NCBI GenBank assembly: GCA_025594325.1
Contig: JANHCV010000003.1
Span: forward strand, 1,922,001 to 1,986,000
Origin: Blastocladiella emersonii ATCC 22665
Lineage: Eukaryota > Fungi > Blastocladiomycota
Direction of reading: 5' to 3'
DNA: 64,000 nt
Position numbers and translations under genes: made by a program. The notes under the pieces are model-generated. The model was not told the DNA's origin. It saw nothing but the letters and a program-made list of their open reading frames with translations, and did not search any database. Positions within the stretch are counted from its first letter, which is position 1; each line of letters opens with the position of its first letter. Below, piece by piece: positions 45,424 through 55,180 of this stretch.

Positions 45424-46083
45424 GGTGAAGAAGGGTGATCGCTCGGCAGCGGCGAGACGAGTGACGGCGGGTCAGAGGTCGGTGGCCGGGAGGAAGAGGA
45501 GAGCGAGCAGCGGGCAGGGCAGGCAGCAGCGTGGCGGACGGCTCGGCTCTTGAGGACTCTGGCGCGGCGAACACACGTCCCCCAACGAATGAAAAAATTC
45601 GCACACTCGCGAAAACGAGTCGAAACGGGATTTCGGGCTGAAGACTCTTGTTTCCGCGCGGGCGTGGCGTCACGTGCGGATTCCGACTCATGTTCGCAGT
45701 CACCTCGCCCGCGTCGAGCCGTCGCGCAGATGGCACGAGAGTGACGCGGTACGTGTGTAATACATGCGCGAGACAATTCAAGAGGTGCAGCGAGTATTCG
45801 GGGAGACATGTCGAGGAAGCGATGGGAGTGGCAGCCCGCTCGCGTGCGATCGGCCCGCCTTCTCTGCGCGTCTCTCTTGCACGTCTCGACGCCCACAGCA
45901 GCACGGGGGGCGCTGCTCACACGCTCCGCCTTCCTGCCCTGCGAGCCTGCCCCGCCGCGCGCGCCCTGATCCGCTCGCCGCTCCCTCTCTCCCTCCAAGA
46001 ACGCTCAGCGCGCACGCGAAGACCTCGCCCTACCACGTAGCAAACGGATCGACGCACCTGCCCGCGCTGAACGACACCACACC

Positions 46084-47956
46084 ATGGCGCTCCGAATCCC
46101 CAAGCTCCCGAGCTCGTTCAAGGACGGCTACAAGGTGGGTTCGCGCTGCTGCGCGCGTGGTTTATAGGATGGGTTCTCGGTCGGCGCGGATGTGATCAAC
46201 GAACGACGCGACGCCCATCCTCGAGAATTCGTGCCCACGCCGACGCGTCGCACATGCTGACGCCGCTCCGTTGCCCATCCTGTAGCACCTGCAGGGTGTC
46301 GACGAGGCCGTGCTCCGTAACATCACCGCCGTCACGGAGCTCGCCGCCATCGTCAAGACCTCGTTCGGCCCCAACGGCCGCAACAAGCTCATCGTGAACC
46401 ACCTCGAGAAGCTCTTCGTCACCTCCGATGCCATGACCATCACCCGCGAGCTCGAGGTCGTGCACCCCGCCGCCAAGCTCGTCGTCATGGCCTCGCAGGC
46501 CCAGGAGGCCGAGGTGCGCGCTCTCGCTCACGCGCTCCTCCGCGCTCGAACCTGCCCACTCACTCTCTCCCCTGGAAACGCGTAGATGGGCGACGCCACC
46601 AACCTCGTCACCATCCTCGCCGGCGAGCTGCTCAAGAAGGCCGAGGAGCTCCTCCGCCTTGGTCTCCACACGTCGGACATCATTGCCGGCTACGAGGTGG
46701 CCCACAAGAAGGCGCAGGAGTTCATCAACCAGCTCGTCCTCGCCTCGGTCGACAACCTCAAGACCCGCGACGGCCTGCTCAAGGCCGTCTACCCCGCCGT
46801 CATGTCCAAGCAGTACGGCTACGAGGACGTGATCGCGCCCCTCATTGCCGACGCCACCCTCAACATCATGCCCAACAACCCCAAAGATTTTTCCGTCGAT
46901 TCGGTCCGCGTCGTCAAGATCATGGGCGGCTCCGTCTTCGACTCCAAGGTCGTCAAGGGCATGGTGTTCGGCCGCGAGCCCGACAGCGACCTCAAGAAGG
47001 CCACCAAGGCCAAGATCGCCATCTTCACGTGCCCGCTCGACATCTCGCAGACCGAGACCAAGGGCACCGTGCTCCTCCACAACGCCGACGAGATGCTCAA
47101 CTTCTCCAAGGACGAGGAGAAGCGCCTCGAGGCCCAGCTCACCGACATTGCCAACACGGGCGTCAAGGTCGTGATCGTCGGCTCCGGCATCGGCGAGCTC
47201 GCCCTGCACTTCATGAACCGCCTCGGCATCATGGTCGTCAAGGTCCTGTCCAAGTTCGACCTGCGTCGCCTCGCCCGCGTCACGGGCGCCACGGCGCTCG
47301 CCCGCATCGGCGCCCCCATGGCCGAGGAGCTCGGCTACTGCGACGTGGTCGAGACGGTCGAGATCGGGTCGGACCGCGTCACGGTCTTCCGCCAGGAGAA
47401 CGAGAAGACGCGCACCGCCACCATCGTGCTGCGCGGGTCCACCCAGAACCAGCTCGACGACCTCGAGCGCGCCGTCGACGACGGCGTCAACACGGTCAAG
47501 GCCCTCACCAAGGACAACCGCCTCGTCGCCGGCGCCGGCGCCGCCGAGATCGAGCTCGCCCTCCAGCTCCAGGCCCTCGCCGCCAAGACCCCCGGCCTCA
47601 ACCAGTACGCGATCCAGAAGTTTGCCGAGACCCTCGAGGTCGTCCCGCGCACCCTCGCCGAGAACGCGGGCCTCGACGCGACCGAGCTCGTGTCCAAGCT
47701 CTACGCCGCCCACCAGGCTGGCAAGGCCAATGTCGGCGTCAACATCGAGTCCGACTCGACCGACAAGAACGACTCGGGCCTCCTCGATGCCGCCGAAAAG
47801 AACCTCGTCGACCTCCTTGGCGTCAAGGCCTACGCTATCCGCATGGCCGCCGATGCTGCCCTCACGGTCCTTCGCGTTGATCAAATTATAATGGCGAAGC
47901 TTGCTGGGGGCCCGAAGCCCGCGGCTGGGCAGGGGCAGAACTGGGACGAGGACTAA
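46084..47956 (+). CDS. CCT8: Chaperonin CCT/TRiC theta subunit
   Basis: TSFGPNGRNKLIVNHLEKLFVTSDA, GDATNLVTILAGELL, SKQYG and LRVDQIIMAKLAGGPK..NWDED. Introns 46135-46285 and about 46514-46585. Confidence 0.95.
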
Positions 47957-47979
47957 TTTTGTTGTATCATCTGTCGCGC

Positions 47980-48050
47980 TCGAATGTACTCAATGTTTTG
48001 TCAAGGAACGCGTTCGAATGTACTCGATGTTTTGTCAAGGAACGCGTTCG
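47980..48050 (+). repeat. 34-bp tandem duplication in the CCT8 3' flank
   Basis: TCGAATGTACTC(A/G)ATGTTTTGTCAAGGAACGCGT occurs twice (47980-48013 and 48014-48047) with one mismatch, followed by TCG. Confidence 0.9.
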
Positions 48051-49016
48051 CAGCCTGAAATCGCTCTGACCCCACCACCTCGACCGTATTCTTGAGTTTC
48101 ATGCTCTGTTGATCCTCGTTTTTTGAGGTAAACTGAAAGAACTTGGTCCTTGCAAATGTTAGGGAACTTGGCCCGCCATGAAGCTGAGCGCTGAACGCGA
48201 AGACCACTTTGTCTGCCATCGATTACCAGCACTTTCGGTCAATGCAGTAAGATGTTTGCATCGTCATGCTGCCGACGAATCGATAGCTCACGATAGTTAC
48301 GTTGATTCCGCACCCAAACAGTGGTACGCCATCACCCTGATGGGTGAGATGATGGAGGACGTTGAGCAGCTCGCGCACCAACAAAATCAATCCTCGTCAA
48401 GTTGTTTTCCTGTACTCTTTCATCTCCGCCTGTCCAAGGACCTTAGATCTCCGGCGCCGTGGTAGCAAAGGTTCACTGTGGACCACTAACCACAAGCGCG
48501 GGACGCGGTGCTTGTGGACGCCGTCGATTGCAACGCCAGCACCGGCTAGGACCCGCACGGCAGCCTACGAGCGGACCCAGTACTTGAGCCTGCGCTGGTC
48601 GCGCAAATCGCACTGCGCGAATAACGCTGGTCATGGGCTCCGTATCTGTGAGCAGCGACGTGGTCTCGAGCTCCTGTGTGAGCACGAGCGGGAGCGGGTC
48701 CGCGTCCCACGACTTTCCACTCGCGCTCCATAGCGCGCAGCCTGGGCGCGCCCTTGTCCTCGATCGCGATTGCTGAGTTCCAAGGGTATCATCGCGTCAA
48801 TCGTTCGCGAAGCACGCCTAGCACGCGATAGGCCAGATTCCATGGTTGGCAGCCGCGAGATTCCCGCCGCGGCCCGCCGTCAGAGGAACATGCGCCCCTG
48901 ATCCGTTGCTCCAAGTCATGCACATGTGGACCTTCACGTTACCATTGTCAGAGGTAGCGGTTATGGACGGAGGTTGCTTGTTACGCTTGATCGGGGCAGC
49001 TGCGACGCGTCTCACA

Positions 49017-49047
49017 TGTCTCGCGCTTTGCACGTGATTGATCGACG
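49017..49047. promoter_or_regulatory. Composite ATCACGTG + CGCGAGACA element, copy 3 (reverse orientation)
   Basis: CACGTGATTGATCGACG at 49031-49047 is the exact reverse complement of 16185-16201; TGTCTCGCG at 49017-49025. Confidence 0.45.
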
Positions 49048-49171
49048 GGTAGTGAAGGTCGTTGCCGGGACAGCTCCTGGGCAGTCGAGCTCGGTGGTCA
49101 TCGTCGTATTCCTATCTCATTTTTTTCGGTTCTCGCATTAGTTAACATCCTCGTGGGTTTCAAAATGGCCA

Positions 49172-49998
49172 TCAATCGCTATGCATGATCTCATGTGATG
49201 CTCCCCTTGCGGCGCTCCCAGGCTGGTGCGCCACCATCCAGCTGGCCAGCAAGGTCGACCCTGGTCTGTATTGAATCGTGTATTTGATGCCGTACCATGT
49301 AATAACTTGAAGCAATAGAAACAGCCAGTCACATGAAGCAAACGTCCCGGCCGTCCCGACCAACAACCAGTCTCGCTGCGCCCAGCTTGTAAAAGTACTT
49401 GGGCACTTGAGCCTGAGCTTGAAGACGCCTGGCGGGACGCTGGGCTTTGCGATGGCCGGCGGCGGCGGTAGGTTGGCCTCCTTGGCCTCCATGATCTCGA
49501 TCTCGCGCGCAAACCAAACGGCCTTCATTCCGAGTACGGCGCACCGGCTCCACAAGGGCACAACTACGCTGTAGCCGGGGCCCTCCTCCACCCGGTCGGC
49601 ACGAAACAGCGCCAGATCCCAGACCGGCACGCTGCTCGAATTGGCCAACGCGGGAACGCAGTAACACCACAGCGCGCCCGTCGGCATCCTGGTATTGCCG
49701 CTGCCCTTATACTCGTGCTCAAGGACCAGGTGGTGAGTGCCCGCGCGGAACGCCTTCATGGCTTCGGTCGGCGTGTGGATATTAAACGAGGCGGCGGCCG
49801 TGGGGGCGGCGAGCACCGTCGCGGTGACGGGAGCCCTCGGGTCGGCGACGGCGCGGTGAGCGGGAACGACTGGACGCCGCCGACGACCGAGACCAAGGGC
49901 GAATTGTTGGTGGTCTCCGCTGCAGGGGCCGCGAGTGCGAGGCGAGTGCCTACGCGGCCCGCGGCGCCCCACACGTTTATGTTGATAGGGTATTCCAT
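49172..49998 (-). CDS. Hypothetical or degenerate orphan ORF
   Basis: Protein-like segment HHLVLEHEY...ALWCYCVP...VWDLALF...VVPLWSRC...WFAREIEI. The likely start (MEYPIN) and end lie in different frames, so it needs introns or frameshifts. Confidence 0.25.
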
Positions 49999-50620
49999 GG
50001 TGTGTTGCATAGAGTGGAGTGGAACGAGATGATCTTTTGTTTGCATGCACTCTGCAGGCTCGGTCGGAGTGATGGTTCGTATATTCGGATTTCAGGCGTG
50101 GAAGATTGAGCTGAGCTGCGAGACACCAACACGTCACGTTTTCTGAACACTGCGTCGAAGTTCGCGCTCAGCACCCCTGCCTCCGCGTTCATGGTCAGGT
50201 GAAGAAACTTTTCGCAAAAACCATGAGTTGAGTTTCAGACTACGATGCACTCGATAATTATGACATGTGTGCGCCCGGGTACCTCGCCCTAGTCGCGCTC
50301 AGCACACGGCCGTGCCGCCATCACCCACGGTCGCATCCTGCGCATTGTGCAATGTGACGGTCACTTCTTCGACCCAAATGACCGAAATGCTTCAGCTGCT
50401 GCCGCTGTACAAGGGCCCGCGGCCCGCTGGCGTTCAAGATCTCGCACCTGACCGAGCTTGCGCTACCTCAAGTGGAGCGACTTCCTTCCACAAACGTGGT
50501 ACACACAGACGAACTCCTATGGGGCCTTCATTCCACTTCCGTCCATACACGCGCGGTGATGATGGCCACCTGCACTCGAGCTCGCCGACTCGCGACGCGT
50601 GTCGATGGACGCTTCTCGAT

Positions 50621-50649
50621 ATCACGTGACCCGCGAGACATGCGAGACA
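50621..50649. promoter_or_regulatory. Composite ATCACGTG + CGCGAGACA element, copy 4
   Basis: ATCACGTGAC-CCGCGAGACA-TGCGAGACA. Confidence 0.4.
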
Positions 50650-50836
50650 CGGGTCGGGTTCGAGGCGCGAAGCCATGACGTGAGAGCACTAGGACTGGGG
50701 TCATAGACTTCTCGTTCAGGTACGTTAACAATTGCGTGTACTCTTTGCTTTTGTCACAAACCACGAACACCACCACTTCCGGCTGCGGCGTCATTCAAAC
50801 CACGACGACCACCTCGTTGAGATCAAAGTGAGCTAG

Positions 50837-53013
50837 TCAGCGCTGCTTGATTGGGCTGCCGAGCCCCATTTCGCGGTCGCGCACGTAGTCGACGGGGACG
50901 AGGCGTGGGAGGTCGACGAGCTGGGTGCCGAACTTGGTCATGACGTAGGAGAGCGCGACGGCGACGAGGAAGGCGATGGCGAGCTGGTACCGGACGAGGT
51001 CGCCGAACTCGCGCGTGAGCAGGAGCGCCAGCGTGAGGGCAAACGCGGCGAGCAGGACAATCGACAGGACGAGCGTGTGGGCTTGGTTGAACCGCGGCGC
51101 GTCGTACGGCGAGCCCGACGACTTGCCGCCGCTGCCGAACCCGCGCGCAGCGACGAGGGGCTGGTTCGCGGGCCGGTAGTTGCCGAGGAACAGGTCGTAG
51201 GCGTCCTGGCGCGACCCGTCGAGGAAGTTGTTCTTGACGTAGCGGACGACCGAGTTCCAGCCGTCGTTGAGGGCGCCCCGCTTGGTGCGCTGCCCCGTGC
51301 GCGTGTAGTCGGTCTTGAGGGCGCCGGTGCCCGAGTACAGCACCGAGACCACGTCGGCGTTGTCGGCCCACATGTTCTTGAACGTGCGCTCAAAGTCGGA
51401 CGCCGGGTCAATGGTCTCGGCCGGGGCCAGGACGCCGAGGTCGCGCAGCTGCGCGACGAGCACGTGCTTGGCGAGGACCGACTGCACGACGTTGGTGCGG
51501 TCGAGGCAGTCGATGCAGTTGGTGCGCACGACGCCCGACTGGGTCGCGGCAATGTGCGGGGTGCCGGCGCGCGGCAGGGTGCAGGCGAGAGCGCCGTGGG
51601 CGTCGAGGTCGGGCTGGATCTGGTTGACGAGCAGCGCGATGCGGTCGTAGCGCATCTTCTTGCACTCCTCGTGGAAGTCGAAGTGGACGTACTTGAGGCG
51701 CGGGTCGGCGAGCTGGTTGACCTTGGCCTGGAACTCGCGGCCGAGCGGCAGCTCATACCCCTTCTTGTTGATGAGGTTGACCATGACCTGGCCCGTGGTG
51801 CCGTACGTGTGGAACTGGTCGTTGACGTGGGACGCGAAGACGGCGTCCGAGTTGGGCTTCTCGACGAGCTCGAGGACGGGCGTGTACTTGGAGTTGACCT
51901 TTTGGCGCCAGAAGAGCGGGATCGAGCCGCGGATCTGCACGAAGCTGCGCACGTGCGTGAGCATGTCGACGGGCACCTGGTAGCACACGAGCTGCTCGGT
52001 CTCGGCGTAGTTGGCGACGTGGCCCTGGTCGTCGATGCCGCGCGAGTGGTAGCGGGTGCCGACGCGGTGCACCGACTTGCGCGTGATGAGCGCGTACTGG
52101 AACATTTTGTGGTTGATGGACGCGGTCGCGATCTTGACGTCTACGGGTTGGGTGCGTGGGTAAGCGTGTGGAGGCGAGGTGGCTCCGTGAGGGCGGTCGC
52201 GTACAGCCGCAGATGACGGGCAGGATGAAGCCGTGGAGGTGCGGCGTCGACTGGGACATGGCAATGAGCTTGGACTGGAGGTAGTGGTTCCAGAAGAAGC
52301 GACGGTCGGCCTAGGGAGAGAGACGCGCGACGCGGGATCAGCGACGTTCGGAGGAGCGACATGAGGAAACACGCACGCGCTGCCACAGCGGCGTCGAGAG
52401 CGGCTGCTGCAGGTTGGCCTGGGTGCGCGAGGTGAGGTCCCAGGTGGTAGAAAAGTACATGTGGCCCTGCTGGCACATGCGCTCAAGCAGGCTGAGGTAC
52501 GCGTCCTCGTCCTTGCGCTGGGCCTCGGACAGCGACCACACGCTGCGGGCGACGGGCAGGATCTTGGTCTCCTCGACGGCGTACACGTCGTGGTCCGAGT
52601 CGGGGAACAGGCGGCCGACGCGGCGCTTGCGCGTGATGACGACCAGGTAGTCGCCGGCGAGCAGCGGGACCAGGCCGAGCACGCCGTCAATCTCGAGCGT
52701 CTGCTCGTAGAAGCTGAGGGGCACGGACTCATTGGGCGCTGGTTCAAGTGCGGGTTAGCGCTTTGCCCGACGACCAAAGGAAGAAGGTCAGGGCGTACCA
52801 ATGACCGAGATCTCGCCCGTGTCGCGGCGGATCAGCACGCGCGGCGACGCCTCGAGCGAGTTGAACACGATGGGCTCGATCGTGTACGCGTCATTGGATA
52901 CATAGCTGGGCGGCAGCGAGGGCGGGCGGGGACTGTCAGCTTTCGCGCCCATCCCATCCGCGGTCGATACATGGTGCAAATGCATACAGTCGGAGCCGGT
53001 TATAGGCCGCCAT
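50837..53013 (-). CDS. SAC1: Phosphatidylinositol phosphate phosphatase Sac1
   Basis: GVLGLV, RGID.QGHVANYAETEQ, QIRGSIPLFW, HFDFHEEC, catalytic RTNCIDCLDRTNVVQ, WADNAD...YSGTGALKTD and two C-terminal TMs. ATG inferred at 53013; several introns. Confidence 0.95.
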
Positions 53014-53105
53014 GGTGGATTACGTTGCGTTCAAGGGAGCGGGGAGCGCGCGGCGGCGGCGAGAGCCTCGACAGGTGTGGGTGGCGCCACTCGCGCTCGC
53101 CCGCA

Positions 53106-53129
53106 GCAGGGGGGCTAAGTCCCCCCTGC
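53106..53129. other. Perfect 9-bp inverted repeat in the SAC1/XLF bidirectional promoter
   Basis: GCAGGGGGG-CTAAGT-CCCCCCTGC. Confidence 0.7.
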
Positions 53130-53280
53130 CCGCAGGCGTGAAAAACGCGAGTTTCACGCGTCACCTGATGCGAATGAAACGCGTTCTGGCTGGCAGCCTC
53201 GCGAGTTTGTGAGTCCCCCGCCCGACGTCAGCACCGCCGAGGACTCACAGCGCAGCCACCCGCTGCTGATGAATAAGGCC

Positions 53281-55142
53281 ATGGACACCGCAAGCGCGGC
53301 CACCACCGCCGCCGCCACAGCGAGGCCCGAGGACCTGTTCGGCGTGTGGCACCCGTGCCCGGTGCACGCGCCCGTGGCCGGCGATCGGCCCACGGTGACG
53401 CCGTCGAGCAGGGCCAAGCCGACGACCACGCTGCTCGTTCGCATGACGCGCAACGAGCAGCGCGGCGGGCTCGCCGTCACCTTCATCAACCCGGAGACGG
53501 GCCACGTGTGGGAAGATCGCGTCGACGACGACGCCGCGTTGCTGGACCGCAAGCAGCAGCACGCGAAGCTGCTCATGATCGACACAGAGACGCTGGTTAC
53601 CGAGCTGGCCCGCGTCGTCGCGCGCGATTTTGAAGGCCAGCGACCGCACCTGCATCTGCAGTATCGCGACGCCGACCTCGGGCCCGCGGGCATCGTACAC
53701 GCCTCTCATTCGGCCGTGTCTCACCCATGCAACTGCTGACGCGCGCGGGATTCTAGGCCGATCTGCGGCTCACGCGTACCGTCGGCGGGCTGCGGCTGTC
53801 GTGGGTGTTCGAGGGCCAGCCGCTCACCGCGTCGCGCGCCCTCGCGCTGGTCCTGCGCGAGCTGACCACCCCGCTCATGCTGCTGTACCAGTGGAGCCAG
53901 CTGCACGTCGAGCACCTCCGCAACGCACTCACTTCGCGCGAGACTGAGCTCGCCGCCGCTCAACGGCTGCTTGGCGACCCGGAGATGACCAAGGGTGCGT
54001 TCGGTTCCGCGTCCTGCGCAGGGGAGTAGTGTCGGCGCTGATCTCTCCATCCGGGTGTAGTAAAGAAGCCCGCCACGTTCGGCCACCTCGCCATGCCGCC
54101 GATCCTCAACCTGGCCACCGTCTTCTCGCGCCGCCAGGACTGGCGCCTCGTGTCGCGGACCAGCACCACCACGTCGACGACCATGGCCACGGCCACGGCC
54201 ACCGCGAACGGCCAAAGCAGCACGACCTCAACCACAACGACTACTACCATCACCTCGACCTTCTCGTCCGCGGCCGTCGCCAACCCGAAGCCCGAGGACT
54301 CCAGGCCCGCCGCCCCGCCAGCGCGCGCCAACCCGCCGCGCCTGACCTCGATCCTGTCGTCGCCCGGCCCCACCGACCGCGCGCCCCCGTCCGCGTCTTC
54401 GGTCCACTTTGCCTCACAAGCGCCCGCCGCTCCTCCTGCGCCCTTCATACCGGCGGGCGTGAACCTGTTCGCGCTGGCCTCGCAGCCGAGCTCGATGCGG
54501 CAGCTCGATCTGGGCTCGTCGCAGCATAACGGCGGCGGCGGCTACGGGTCGTCGCAGTTCGGCTACGGTTCCTCGCAGTTCGGGTTCGGGTCGCAGTCGC
54601 AGTACATGCCCGGGTCGTCGCAGGCCGCCATGTTTCCGCGCTCGTCGTCGCCGCCGCGGTCCGATCCGCCCGTCCCCGCGCCCGGTCCGAGTATCCTGCC
54701 GCCACAGCAGCAGCACCCGAAACCGGCGGCCGCCGCGACGACGACGAGGGTCACGCTCGAGCTGTCCGACTCGCAGTTCGACGGCCCGCTGAGTCCCACG
54801 GCATCGGTTTTCGCGGCACCCGCGGCCAAGTCTACCACCACCGCCGCGGCACCAGCGCCAGCGCCGACCCCGGCCACGCTTCCGCCATCGATCCTGGTCC
54901 CGCGCCTTGGTAAGCTCACCGCCGCCGCGGGCGGCAGCGAGCCGGCCAAGCTCCTCCCGTCGTCAATCGTCGTCCCGCACCTCGGCGGGAGCTCGCAGCA
55001 GCACACGGCCAGCAGCAGCTCACAGCTCATGTCGTCGCAGATCTCGCTCGCCGACGAACCGAGCTCCTCCACTGGCGGCGACGGTACCACCGCCGCGGCG
55101 CCGCGGCCCAAGAAACGGCCCAAGACCAAGAAGCTGTTTTGA
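53281..55142 (+). CDS. NHEJ1: XLF/Nej1 (NHEJ1)-like non-homologous end-joining factor
   Basis: After splicing (introns 53695-53756 and 53995-54060), LRLSWVFEGQPLTASRALALVLRELTTPLMLL...VEHLRNALTSRETEL resembles the XLF head/coiled-coil junction. A disordered tail ends in KKRPKTKKLF, resembling the XLF Ku-binding motif. Confidence 0.65.
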
Positions 55143-55180
55143 TAGTGTGATACAATGTATTCATTCATTCCCACCCCTCC

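Noticed and set aside
42071-45553. 1160-aa plus-strand ORF, and similar long ORFs antisense to NAA35, SNU114, CCT8, RPA2, SAC1 and the Zn2Cys6 gene
   Set aside because: Shadow frames: strong C/G third-position bias on the real strand removes stops from the antisense frame. The translations are Arg/Gly/Val/Leu-rich with no motifs.
48473-48850. CWRC-containing frame suggestive of a retroelement gag zinc knuckle
   Set aside because: The CX2CX4HX4C pattern is incomplete, and no RT, integrase, LTR or target-site duplication is visible nearby.
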